Assembly (NCBI GenBank): GCA_036156175.1
Contig: JAYZVA010000027.1
Location: forward strand, 10,490 to 74,489
Length of the DNA stretch: 64,000 nt
From: Myxococcota bacterium
GTDB taxonomy: Bacteria; Myxococcota_A; UBA796
Direction of reading: 5' to 3'
Below the pieces are notes generated by a model that saw only the letters and a program-made list of their open reading frames with translations, was not told where the DNA came from and did not search any database. Below, one piece after another: positions 1 through 9,607 of this stretch. The position numbers and the translations under genes were made by a program. Each line of letters begins with the position of its first letter. The first letter of the stretch is position 1.

Positions 1-1822
1 CATCCAACCCCAAGACGTCCAGCACCAAATCAAGATCGGTCTCGCGACCCGCCACGCTGAGCACATCAACCAAGTCGCGTTGCACGGCGGTGAGCGGCTG
101 AAGCCGATTGCGAATCATGACCCGGACGCTGGGGGGAATGGCCAACTGACCGCCGGCCAGATCCACGGCGTTGACGGTCAACCGATGCCCGCCCCCTGGC
201 GCCTCCGCGATCACACCCTGCTGGATCAACGAGCGCATGAACTCGGCCACGAAGAAGGCATTTCCTTCGGTCTCGGCATGCAGTGCTTCCGCCAATTCCT
301 TGGCGGCACCGCCGGTGCCCAGCATCGTGGAGACCACCGAGCCCACCTCGGCGGGCGTCAGCGGCGGCAAGGGCACCACCGTCGGATGCATCGACAACGC
401 CGTGCCGTCTCGAACCCGATCCATCGAACGGAAGGGCCGATCCGACCGCCCACAGAGGATCAGCAACAGCGGCCGGCCGTCGCGGGCCACCAGGCTGCGA
501 ACCACGTACCCGAGCATCTCGACCACGGGCCACGGTGCCCGATGAAAGTCGTCCAAGGCCAAAATTCGGGGCCCCTCTTCGAGGAGGCTGTTGATCGCGC
601 TGCGCGTGCCGTCAAACAGCCGGTAGCGGGCGTCGCCTTCCAAGCGTCCTTCCTCTCGGACAAACGCCTCCATCTCGTCTTGAAGGCCGTCGGCAACCGC
701 TCCCTCGAGGGCTGCTCGAATCTCCCCACCGATGGAAATCACCGACTCGTACGCACTCGACCCCGGGCTCAGGCGGGCCTGATGAACGGGGATGCCCATC
801 AACCGAGCATGGTGAAGCGCGACCCGAAGCATGCGGGACTTTCCGCTGCCCTCGCCGCCTTCAATGAGCAAGACACCGCCTTCCGAGCGGGTCAGGCGAC
901 CGACCGCGTTCCGAACACTCTCCACTTGCGCGTCTCGACCGGCAAAGGCGGGCTCCCAGTCGTCCCGATGGGATTCGGGCGCCGAGTCGGAGTCGATTTG
1001 CTCGAGTTGGTAGAGGATCTCGGCGGCGCTCTGAAACCGGTTCCGGGGCGACTTTTGAAGCAGGCGCAGCGTGATTTCATTGAGTTTCGTCGGGGTCGAC
1101 GGCACCAAGTCAATGGGGGGAATCGGCTCGTGGTTCTTGTGCTGCTCAAGGTAACCCGCCATGTCCTGGGCTTGGAACGGCCGGCGGCCCGTCAGCATGG
1201 TGTAGAGGATGACACCCAACGAATACAGGTCCGAGCGATGGTCCAGCGCTCGGCCGGAGATCTGCTCAGGGCTCGCGTAAGCCCAGGTGCCCACAAGCGT
1301 GGTGGACAATTGCACGTCGGTCTCTGGGTCCAGCTCCTTGACGATGCCAAAGTCGGTGAGCTTGCACACGCCATCGAGCGAAATCAAGACATTGCTCGGC
1401 TTCAAATCCCGATGAATCAAGCCCCGCTGATGGATGTAGGCGAGGGCCCGACACAGATCGATGAGCACTTCTTCCACCCGCGCCCACCGCTTCGGCAGGT
1501 CGTCGCGCGGCAGCCCGCGGATTTCTTGGTACAGATCCGACCCTTCGACGCACTCCATGGCGATGTAGGGATGCCCGTGAATGTCGCCGTAGCTCTCGAC
1601 CCGAATCACGTTGGGGTGCTTGAGGCGAGCCAGCGCCCGAAACTCCCGACGAAATCGCGCCAGACCGGTGCGAAAGCGGTTGGCCTTGAGAATCTTGAGG
1701 GCCACGTCGAGCCCCCCGGGATCGCGCCCCAGAATGACGTGAGACATGCCGCCGCGTCCCAAGGGCCGTTGGTATCGGTAGGGCCCAATGGTGTCGCCGG
1801 GACGCAGCGTAATGCCTCCCAT
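1..1822 (-). CDS. Ser/Thr protein kinase fused to a P-loop NTPase (AAA_16/STAND-like). The N-terminus is complete; the C-terminal part lies beyond the left window edge
   Basis: Manual reverse-strand translation starts at ATG (CAT at 1820-1822): MGGITLRPGDTIGPYRYQRPLGRGGMSHV. Kinase motifs present: VALKILK, HRDLKPSNVLI, DFG, ASPEQ. These are followed by Walker A GGEGSGKSRML and GNAFFVAEFMRSL. The frame stays open to position 2. It is absent from the ORF track because it has no stop inside the window. Confidence 0.85.
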   Translation of the reverse strand, partial: MGGITLRPGDTIGPYRYQRPLGRGGMSHVILGRDPGGLDVALKILKANRFRTGLARFRREFRALARLKHPNVIRVESYGDIHGHPYIAMECVEGSDLYQEIRGLPRDDLPKRWARVEEVLIDLCRALAYIHQRGLIHRDLKPSNVLISLDGVCKLTDFGIVKELDPETDVQLSTTLVGTWAYASPEQISGRALDHRSDLYSLGVILYTMLTGRRPFQAQDMAGYLEQHKNHEPIPPIDLVPSTPTKLNEITLRLLQKSPRNRFQSAAEILYQLEQIDSDSAPESHRDDWEPAFAGRDAQVESVRNAVGRLTRSEGGVLLIEGGEGSGKSRMLRVALHHARLMGIPVHQARLSPGSSAYESVISIGGEIRAALEGAVADGLQDEMEAFVREEGRLEGDARYRLFDGTRSAINSLLEEGPRILALDDFHRAPWPVVEMLGYVVRSLVARDGRPLLLILCGRSDRPFRSMDRVRDGTALSMHPTVVPLPPLTPAEVGSVVSTMLGTGGAAKELAEALHAETEGNAFFVAEFMRSLIQQGVIAEAPGGGHRLTVNAVDLAGGQLAIPPSVRVMIRNRLQPLTAVQRDLVDVLSVAGRETDLDLVLDVLGLD

Positions 1823-1921
1823 CACGATCTCTAATGGGAGCGAATTGGCTCCTTCGGTACCCGATTGGCTCACCCGGCGGCCGTAACCCACTTGGCGCTT
1901 CGGATGCCGCTTGCACGGCGC

Positions 1922-1941
1922 AAAAAAATCGCCCTTTGGGC
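1922..1941 (-). terminator. Weak hairpin plus U-run directly after the stop of the 1104-aa kinase gene
   Basis: Minus strand reads GCCC-AAA-GGGC followed by GATTTTTTT. The stem is only 4 bp, so this is tentative. Confidence 0.3.
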
Positions 1942-4900
1942 CTATTTTTCGAGCCACCTCGACCGAAACCCTTCCGGGGACCCCAAGTCGTGGTCCAGGT
2001 CGCCGACAATGCGATGCGCTTCCTGCTCGAAGCTCGAATCGAGGCCCACCCGCGCGGCCAACAAGCCGGCTTCCATGGTGATCAGTCGGAACGGGGAACC
2101 CGCCCCCAGCGCGACGGCCGCTTGGACCGCTTCCTTGGCGCGCTCGTCGTTCGCGGCAATCAGGGTGCGGGCCGCATCCATCAGGTGGCGTCCGCGCGAC
2201 CACACCAGTGGCGCTCCCGCGCGATCGATGACGCTGCGCGCCAGGGCCACAGCGACGGTTGGATTGCGGGCATGGGCGATGCGGCTCTTCACGGCCAGCA
2301 GTCCCCCGATGGGATCGTCGATGCCCAACGTGCCGTCCCCATGACCCGGTGGGGCCGCCGGGAGAATGTTCGCTGCATCCTCGACGGCGCCCAGCTCCAA
2401 AAAGACCCTCGCGATGGGCAGGATGCACCCCACGGCCATGGTGGACTCGACGGGGCCAAGGGTTCGGGCCAAGGTGGAGGCGTCGTGGGCAATCAACCGC
2501 GCTTCGTGGGGAACACCGATGTCCAGCAGGCAGCGGGCCACCATTCCAAGGGCAGCCACGCACACCGGCAGGCGGCCCAAGTCTCGCGCCACCGACTCCG
2601 CCTCCAGCGCCTTCTCCCGTGCCGTCTCCAGTTGTCCTTGGGCGTGCGCAAGCTCGGAGAGCCGCAGCAGGATCTCGGGCAACACCCGGGGATTCGATTG
2701 TTCCCGCATCCGAAACGCGGCGTTCTCCAGCAGATCTTGCCCTTCGGTCAACCGACCGCCGACCAAAGCAATCAGGCCCAGACCGCCCATCGCTCGCGCG
2801 TGCACGGACCCTTCACCCATCTCCCGACCCAACTCGAGCAGCTCCGCCCACAGCCGCCGGGCGCCATCCACATCCAACCGACTGAGCCGGGCACGGGCCA
2901 GTGCATCCGCGGCCCGGGCCCACATGGGGTCGCCTTGGGGCAAGCGCCCCAGCGCTTGCTCCAACCCGCTGCTGGCGGCCACCACATCGCCCATGGCGGC
3001 CCGGGCAAGGCCAACTCCGGCTTGGGCGCGAGCCACCGCTTCCGCATCGCCGCGCAAGCGGGCAACTTCCAGGCTCTGTTGCCACGATTCCATCGCTTCT
3101 CGATGGGTGCCGAGGCGGGATCGGACGCTGCCCCAGAGGGCATGCAATCGCTGGTCGTACCGTTGCTCCGCTTCCCGTTCGAGATCGCCCGATGCCGTGG
3201 TGCGGGCCCGTTCGGCTTTCTCCAGCAGCTTGATGGTCTGTCGATTTCGACCCGCACGCAGGGTGGTCTCAGCGGCAATGAGGAGCATGGGAAACGCTTC
3301 GCCCACTTGGCCGCCACTCAGCAAATGGCTGGCGATCACCTCGGCAAACGTGCCCGATCGGCGCCGGGAGCGGCGGCGGAGCGCAGCCGCGACGGACCGA
3401 TGCAGCTGCGTTCGTTTGTCCTTCGCGATCAACTGGTACGCCACGTCCCGATTTCGATCCCCGCGGAGCGCCACAACTCGGTGCACGCCCTCGCTCCGCT
3501 CCTGGATGAGCCCGAGCTGGAGCAGCTCGTGCAGCGACCGGGTGATGGGCGTCATCTCCATGGCGGCGATTTCACCCACCAACTCGACGGTGGCTTCCAG
3601 GTCCAACACCACCAACACATCAAACAGGTGACGCGCCGGCGCGCTCAACCGATTGATGCGGTCGGCCTCGCGCTTGCGCAGCCGTTCGGGCATCGGCAGT
3701 GGATCGTTCCGGAGGGCCTCCATGGTGCATCCGGCACGAAGGCCCCCATCGTGGGTTGGAATCAACCATCCGCTCTGAACCAGGGCATTGACTTGCTCCA
3801 CGACGGCCCCGGGGATGCCCCCAAGATCGGCCGCCAACCGGCGCCCAAGGGCGGCGCCAAACGCCCCCGAGACGCCCAGGTCCCGCACCAGTGAAATTAC
3901 CGCGGTTCGATGCAGACCTGGCAACGGAAGCACGTCGGGCGTGAGGCCGGTCGCGGTGCCGTTGAGGAGCGGCGCCATCGGGCCCTCCACACCGCGGATC
4001 GACCCCACAAGCAGAATGGGACTGCCCTCGATCGCCACTTGCTGCCGCAGCAAGGACGTCATGCCATCGACGGCATCCGGACTCAACTCATCGAGGTCGT
4101 CAACCACCAAGACCGTGGGCTGCAAAGCGGCGGCGGTGGCCAGCCCGAGCCACGTCGCCGAACCGGCGGCCTGCGCCGGGAGCTGCCGGGCAAGCTGGCC
4201 GACGAGTTCGGTGCGCGCACCGCTGGCAGCAGCCCACGCCACGTTGCGCGTCTCGATCGCCTGAATGAAGCCCTCGAGCAACGCGGTCCGACCACTGCCC
4301 ACATCGCCGGAGACCAAGGCCACGCCACCGGCACCGCGCGCAATGGCATCGAGTCGCTCCATCAACCAGTCCATTTCGGCGTCCCGCCCGTGCACCGTTC
4401 GAGCGGGTGCATCCACGGTTCCATCGAGCATTGCCAGCACGTCTCCAGCAGTGGCCGGGCGCTGATTCGGCTCCTTCTTGAGCAGACTCATGCACACCCG
4501 CTCAAGATGCGGTGGAACGTTGCTGTCGACCTCCGATGGAAGCCTCGGAGTCTCCGTGATGTGGCGCGCCAGGTACCCCGCGACGTTGTCGGCCTCGATC
4601 GGTCGCCGCAGGGTGAGCAGCACATACAGGACGGCACCCAAGCTGTAGAGGTCGGACGACGGGGTGACCGGATCGCCGGTAATTTGCTCCGGCGACATGA
4701 ACGCGACTGTCCCCACCAACTTGCCCGCGACGGTCAGCTGCGTGGTGAACGCCCCAGGGGCTTTGACGACCCCAAAGTCGGTCAGCTTGGCTTCCCCATT
4801 TGAGGTCACCAACACGTTGCTGGGCTTCAAGTCGCGATGAATCAAGCCCTTGGAGTGGATCAACTGCAGGCCCTCGCACAGACCGCGAAGAATGCGCTCT

Positions 4901-5256
4901 GCTTGCGCAAACCGATCCGACGGCGGGTTGGCAGTCCAGCGATCCACCAACGAACCCAAGTCCGAACCATCGACGTACTCCATGGCAATCCACGGGTACT
5001 CGCCCGCCACGCCCGCTTCGTACACCTGCACCACCGACGGGTGCCGGAGGTCCCGCAGCGCGAGAAACTCGCGCTCAAACCGCTTCACTTCGTCGGTCTG
5101 AGCCTTGCCGGGGTGGAGGATCTTCACGGCCGCCACATTGTTGGACTGGTCGACACCCCGGTAGACCGTCGCCATGCCGCCCACGCCGAGCAACTCGCCG
5201 AGCACATAGGGCCCGACCGAGTCACCGGGGGTTGGTGGCGGCGTCACAATGGTCAT
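1942..5256 (-). CDS. Ser/Thr protein kinase / P-loop NTPase / TPR-repeat protein (1104 aa)
   Basis: Track ORF with ATG confirmed at 5256. Kinase motifs: GVGGMATVY, AAVKIL, HRDLKPSNVLV, TDFG, FMSPEQ. NTPase segment VSGDVGSGRTALLE (Walker A with Arg instead of Lys) and DDLDE Walker B-like. The C-terminal half is TPR/alpha-solenoid-like. Confidence 0.9.
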   Translation of the reverse strand: MTIVTPPPTPGDSVGPYVLGELLGVGGMATVYRGVDQSNNVAAVKILHPGKAQTDEVKRFEREFLALRDLRHPSVVQVYEAGVAGEYPWIAMEYVDGSDLGSLVDRWTANPPSDRFAQAERILRGLCEGLQLIHSKGLIHRDLKPSNVLVTSNGEAKLTDFGVVKAPGAFTTQLTVAGKLVGTVAFMSPEQITGDPVTPSSDLYSLGAVLYVLLTLRRPIEADNVAGYLARHITETPRLPSEVDSNVPPHLERVCMSLLKKEPNQRPATAGDVLAMLDGTVDAPARTVHGRDAEMDWLMERLDAIARGAGGVALVSGDVGSGRTALLEGFIQAIETRNVAWAAASGARTELVGQLARQLPAQAAGSATWLGLATAAALQPTVLVVDDLDELSPDAVDGMTSLLRQQVAIEGSPILLVGSIRGVEGPMAPLLNGTATGLTPDVLPLPGLHRTAVISLVRDLGVSGAFGAALGRRLAADLGGIPGAVVEQVNALVQSGWLIPTHDGGLRAGCTMEALRNDPLPMPERLRKREADRINRLSAPARHLFDVLVVLDLEATVELVGEIAAMEMTPITRSLHELLQLGLIQERSEGVHRVVALRGDRNRDVAYQLIAKDKRTQLHRSVAAALRRRSRRRSGTFAEVIASHLLSGGQVGEAFPMLLIAAETTLRAGRNRQTIKLLEKAERARTTASGDLEREAEQRYDQRLHALWGSVRSRLGTHREAMESWQQSLEVARLRGDAEAVARAQAGVGLARAAMGDVVAASSGLEQALGRLPQGDPMWARAADALARARLSRLDVDGARRLWAELLELGREMGEGSVHARAMGGLGLIALVGGRLTEGQDLLENAAFRMREQSNPRVLPEILLRLSELAHAQGQLETAREKALEAESVARDLGRLPVCVAALGMVARCLLDIGVPHEARLIAHDASTLARTLGPVESTMAVGCILPIARVFLELGAVEDAANILPAAPPGHGDGTLGIDDPIGGLLAVKSRIAHARNPTVAVALARSVIDRAGAPLVWSRGRHLMDAARTLIAANDERAKEAVQAAVALGAGSPFRLITMEAGLLAARVGLDSSFEQEAHRIVGDLDHDLGSPEGFRSRWLEK

Positions 5257-5314
5257 CAGCCGCAGTGTAGCGAGATCTGGACCGGGCGGGGGAGAGAAAG
5301 CCTCGGGGTGCCGG

Positions 5315-8300
5315 TCAGATGAGGCTCACCCGTGGCTTGATTCCATGCATGGCGAGGAACGACGTGGCATCCTCCCGCGACAAGTTGGCCGCGAGAGACC
5401 GGGCCAATGCTTCCGCGACCCGACGGTGCCGCGCAATCGCCACCTCGTCATCGGTGCACTCGATGATCAACCGACGGGCGCGCATGGCGTAGTGCCGATA
5501 CCCGCTGGCATCCGCCAGCCGGAGGGCTTCTTCCGCGAGCGTGAAGGCTTCATCGCGGGCATCGAGCAACCGATAGACCCGCGCCAGGTTGAGGCTGGCG
5601 CGCACCCGTTGACCCGGCCACGCCCGAACTTCACTCTGACCGGCCAGCTCGATGGCATCGCACGCTTCGCTCAATCGCCCCTGCAGCGCGTACACCCGGG
5701 CGCGCCACGCGTGAACCACCGGCGCAAATCCTTCGGTGTCGTACCCGGTCAACAACTCTGTCGCAGCATCCAGCATGGGCTCCAGGTCGCCCACCACCCC
5801 CTGAGCCAACCCCGCCCGACAGGCCACGACAAGCGACGCAAGCTCGTCTTCTTTCGTGTCCAGTTCGCGGTGCAGCCGAAGGCTGGCCATGGCGTTTTCC
5901 ATGGCCTCGCCGTACCGCCCGATGTCGGTCAACAGGATGGTGCGGTACCGCATGCCCAGTGCCTCTCCGGCTCGGTAGGCGACTTCGCGGGACTGGTTCA
6001 CGGTGTCATCGGAGATCTGCAGCCCTTTGCGAAAGTTCCCGGTGAAGTGGTACAGCTCGATCAGGTTGATCCGCGCCACCGTCAACCGCTCCATCAGGCC
6101 GTGGCGTTCGCAGACCTCGATGGCTTGCTCCAACTTCCGCCGCGCTTCCGCGCTCTGGCCTTTGCACATCGCGAGCAGGCCGAGCCCACCGTAGCCCCAC
6201 GCGAGCTTGGTTTCGTCGCTGAACTGCTCCGAGCGCGCCAGGCCCTCCACCCACCAATTTCGGGCCGAATCGAGGTCCCCGCGCGACCATGCAACGCCGC
6301 CCATTTCGTACAGTGGCAGGATCTCCATCTGCCGTTCGCCATGCTCCCTCGCCAACTCGACCGCTCTGAGCAAGTGCTGCTCCGCTTCATCCAGCAAGCG
6401 GACCCGACGGTTCTGAAATCCAATCTCGGTCGCCACCCCAATCCGAAGGCGGGGTTCACCGAGCTCGTCCGCGAGCGCGTTCGCCGCGGCCAGTTCGGTG
6501 CTCGAATCCGCAAGTGCCCCCAGGTGATATAGGGCGCGCGCCCGCTTCAACCGGAGGTCGGCCAGCCGCAGATCGGCGTCCTCGAGGGTCATGTATTCTC
6601 GGGCATCGGCCTCGATCCGAAGCGCGCGCTCCAGGTACTCGAGCGCTTCGCGTACGAACGTCCGCTGCATCAGCTTGTCCGACGCCTGAATCAGATACGG
6701 GTAGGCCTTGGACGCCACTTCGCCCTGCTCAAAATGATGGGCGAGTGACTCCACGACGGAGTCGATGCGCCGTCGATGGATGCGCTCCAGGCCCTCCCCG
6801 ATGCGGCGGTGGATCTGTTGACGTACCGGAGGTGCAAGGTCCTCCATCACCACATCGCGCAGGCGGTTCTGTGCCAATTCAAACCGCTCCGTCTCGCCGA
6901 CCTGCCGTTCGCGAACCAAGCCCGAGTCAATCAATTCCTCAATGCTGGCCATGATGGTGTCGGGGTCCAACAACGCCGCGTAGGACAGCAAACTCTCATC
7001 CACCTCGACCCGCGCAACAGCCAAGACGCCCATGAGGCGTTTCGCACTCGCGCTCAGGGGCGCAACCCGCTTCTGAATCGCCTCGCGGATGGAGCTGGGA
7101 ACCGGAAGGGTCGACTCCGCAATTGCCTTGCGATCAAGCGTGATTCGCCCCCGGCGACCATCGGGTTGGCGTTCGATGACCCCCTGTTCCATCAACACGC
7201 GCAACATCTCTCGAATGAAAAACGGCACGCCTTCGCCTTCCCGATGCAGCCGCTTGGCCATGTCGCCGACCCGGGGGTCGTCGTGCACCAAGCTCAAGAG
7301 CAATTCTTCGACGGCACCCACATCGAGGGGCCCGAGTCGAATTTGCTCGGCATCCACCGCGACGCTCTGGGAATTCAGCAAGTCCCGCAAGGGATCCATC
7401 CCCATCGGTGGTTCGCGCGTCACCAAAATCAACAGCGGCCCATTGGCCTCGCCAACCAGGTTTCGGGCCAGGTATTCGGTCATCTCTATTGACCCGCGGT
7501 CCGCGCAGTCGAGGTCGTCCAAAATCAACAAGTGCGGGCCTTGTTGCTCCATCAACGCCTTGAACGCCGAGAACACCCGCCACTTTTCCAACGTCGCATC
7601 GCCGGCTTGCCGCTCTCCGAAGGCCACCGCGAGGGCCGTGGGGCCCGTGGATTCATCGACGAGCGCCCGGTAGGTCTCTCGATACGTCTCGAATGCCCGT
7701 TGGTCGGGCGCGGTGCTGCGGCCGATTGAATGCGGAATGCCGAACCGTTCGGCCTGCGATGCGGCATCCGCGGCCAGCGCCGAGCGGCCCATGCCGTACG
7801 TGGCCTCGATCACGAGGAGCCCGCCTTGCCCCGCCGCAAGCCGAGCCATCGCCTCCCGAACTTGCGCCAGCTCCCCGGCACGGCCCACCACGCCCGGATC
7901 CCAGCTCCCCGCGTCCAATGCTGCGTCCGAAGCCGACGACTCGTTGAGGGCATGCAGCAGGTGACTGGCTGAGCCAAAGCGCCGCGTCGGATCTTTTTCG
8001 AGCAACCGCACGCACACATCGTTGAGGCGCTTGGGAATGGTGGGCACGATCTCTCGAGGCGGTCGAACCGGTCGGTGGAGGTGCTTCTCGAGGTATCCGG
8101 CAAGGGTGCGGGCGCTGAACGGACGCCGGCCGGTCAGCATGAGGTACAGGACCGCGCCCAAGGCATACAAGTCGGTTCGAGAGTCCACGCGCGCGCCGTT
8201 GATCTGTTCGGGTGCAATGTAGGCCGCCGTGCCCACCACCTCACCCACCGTGGTCAGGTCGGCGCCGGGCTCTTTCACCACACCGAAGTCCATCAGCCGA

Positions 8301-8776
8301 ATGCTTCCATCGCTCAACACCATCACGTTGGACGGGGTGACGTCGCGGTGAACCAGCCCCTGACTGTGGACATACTCCAGCGCCTTGGCGACCGAAACCA
8401 ATACACGCTGCGCCGAAGCAAAGCGATCGGATGGAGCGTGCTCTTTCCACGATTCCACCGCCGCACCCAACTCAATGCCGTCGATGAACTCCATCACAAT
8501 GTACGGGCGGCCGTCGTGAATCCCCGTTTCGAAGACCCGCAGCACCCCCGCGTGATCCATCCGAGCCAGCGTGTCGTACTCGAGGTGGAATCGCCGAACC
8601 ACCTCGTCGTGGTGGCTTCCGGGCAACACAAGCTTGATCGCCCGGCGTTCCCCGGTATCGGCATGGCGGGCGGACAAGATCACCGCCATGCCCCCGCGAC
8701 CAACCTCTTCGATCACCTCGTAGTCCCCGATTCGGGTGCCCGGGGACGGAACCAGACACGGCGCACTGATGGTCAT
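5315..8776 (-). CDS. Ser/Thr protein kinase / P-loop NTPase / TPR-repeat protein (1153 aa after start trimming)
   Basis: Track ORF 5315..8986 trimmed to internal Met MTISAPCLVPSPGTRIGDYEV (CAT at 8774-8776). The 70 upstream codons are Arg/Pro-rich and overlap the divergent PP2C gene. Motifs: GRGGMAVIL, RAIKLV, HRDVTPSNVMV, MDFG, IAPEQ, then EATYGMGRSALA and DDLDCAD. The C-terminus carries TPR-like repeats. Confidence 0.9.
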   Translation of the reverse strand: MTISAPCLVPSPGTRIGDYEVIEEVGRGGMAVILSARHADTGERRAIKLVLPGSHHDEVVRRFHLEYDTLARMDHAGVLRVFETGIHDGRPYIVMEFIDGIELGAAVESWKEHAPSDRFASAQRVLVSVAKALEYVHSQGLVHRDVTPSNVMVLSDGSIRLMDFGVVKEPGADLTTVGEVVGTAAYIAPEQINGARVDSRTDLYALGAVLYLMLTGRRPFSARTLAGYLEKHLHRPVRPPREIVPTIPKRLNDVCVRLLEKDPTRRFGSASHLLHALNESSASDAALDAGSWDPGVVGRAGELAQVREAMARLAAGQGGLLVIEATYGMGRSALAADAASQAERFGIPHSIGRSTAPDQRAFETYRETYRALVDESTGPTALAVAFGERQAGDATLEKWRVFSAFKALMEQQGPHLLILDDLDCADRGSIEMTEYLARNLVGEANGPLLILVTREPPMGMDPLRDLLNSQSVAVDAEQIRLGPLDVGAVEELLLSLVHDDPRVGDMAKRLHREGEGVPFFIREMLRVLMEQGVIERQPDGRRGRITLDRKAIAESTLPVPSSIREAIQKRVAPLSASAKRLMGVLAVARVEVDESLLSYAALLDPDTIMASIEELIDSGLVRERQVGETERFELAQNRLRDVVMEDLAPPVRQQIHRRIGEGLERIHRRRIDSVVESLAHHFEQGEVASKAYPYLIQASDKLMQRTFVREALEYLERALRIEADAREYMTLEDADLRLADLRLKRARALYHLGALADSSTELAAANALADELGEPRLRIGVATEIGFQNRRVRLLDEAEQHLLRAVELAREHGERQMEILPLYEMGGVAWSRGDLDSARNWWVEGLARSEQFSDETKLAWGYGGLGLLAMCKGQSAEARRKLEQAIEVCERHGLMERLTVARINLIELYHFTGNFRKGLQISDDTVNQSREVAYRAGEALGMRYRTILLTDIGRYGEAMENAMASLRLHRELDTKEDELASLVVACRAGLAQGVVGDLEPMLDAATELLTGYDTEGFAPVVHAWRARVYALQGRLSEACDAIELAGQSEVRAWPGQRVRASLNLARVYRLLDARDEAFTLAEEALRLADASGYRHYAMRARRLIIECTDDEVAIARHRRVAEALARSLAANLSREDATSFLAMHGIKPRVSLI

Positions 8777-8847
8777 GCGGCGCCCCGGGAGTTTTTGTAT
8801 CGGGCAAAATCGTCTACAATCGGATCCGTCCACGACCGAGGAGCCCC
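8777..8847 (+). promoter_or_regulatory. 71-bp divergent spacer between kinase 3 and the PP2C gene, with a possible -10 element and RBS for PP2C
   Basis: TACAAT lies at 8815-8820. GGAG sits 4 nt before the ATG at 8848. No convincing -35 element was seen. Confidence 0.3.
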
Positions 8848-9603
8848 ATGACCATCGACGCCGTCGCCCGAACCGACCCCGGACCCGTTCGCGAGAGCAA
8901 CGAGGATTGCTTCTTGGTGGACGTCGAGTCGGGGCTGTTTGTCGTCGCGGACGGAATGGGGGGCCACGCCTCCGGCGAGATCGCAAGCGCCATTGCCGTT
9001 GAAGCGGTCCAGTCGGTGTTGCTCGGCGAGGTCAACCCGGACGAAACCCGCCTCGACCGCTCCAGCATGGACCAAGAGGAAGAGATTCGCGAGCGGCTGC
9101 GGTACGCCATGAATCAAGCGTCCATTTCGATCCGCCAAGCGGCGATGGCCAACCCGGTTCACGCGGGCATGGGCACCACGCTGGCCGTGCTGTTGATCGA
9201 GGACGACGAAGCGCACCTTGGTCACGTCGGCGACAGTCGCATCTACCTCTTTCGGGACGACCGGCTGCACCGGCTGACCCGGGACCACACCGTGGTTCAA
9301 CAAGAAATCGATGCCGGAACCCTCACGCCTGAACTCGCACGAATCGTGCCTCACAAGAACATCCTTACGCAGTCCGTAGGGTATCACGGGCCCGTGGAGC
9401 CCGATACATGCACCCGCCCCATTGACAGCGGCGACGTGTTCATTCTGTGTTCAGATGGCCTGACGGACCCCCTCGACGACGACGCGCTTGCCGACATCTG
9501 CCGAAGCCATCCGCCCGAGGACTTGGCCGAGGTGCTGGTGCAGAAAGCCATCGCCAACGGAACCGAAGACAACGTGACGGTGGTGGCGGTGCACATCGAG
9601 TAG
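8848..9603 (+). CDS. PP2C-family Ser/Thr protein phosphatase
   Basis: RTDPGPVRESNEDCF, VVADGMGGHASGEIAS, VGDSRIYL and CSDGLTD are classic PPM/PP2C motifs. Confidence 0.93.
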   Translation: MTIDAVARTDPGPVRESNEDCFLVDVESGLFVVADGMGGHASGEIASAIAVEAVQSVLLGEVNPDETRLDRSSMDQEEEIRERLRYAMNQASISIRQAAMANPVHAGMGTTLAVLLIEDDEAHLGHVGDSRIYLFRDDRLHRLTRDHTVVQQEIDAGTLTPELARIVPHKNILTQSVGYHGPVEPDTCTRPIDSGDVFILCSDGLTDPLDDDALADICRSHPPEDLAEVLVQKAIANGTEDNVTVVAVHIE

Positions 9604-9607
9604 CCGC

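Noticed and set aside
80-3894. Long plus-strand ORFs 80..1834 (584 aa) and 1834..3894 (686 aa)
   Set aside because: They are antisense to clear kinase genes. They are Arg/Gly/His/Pro-rich with no motifs, which is the typical high-GC shadow-ORF pattern.
8777-8986. N-terminal 70 codons of track ORF 5315..8986
   Set aside because: The segment is an Arg/Pro-rich extension that overlaps the divergent PP2C gene. The kinase domain begins right after the internal Met at 8776.
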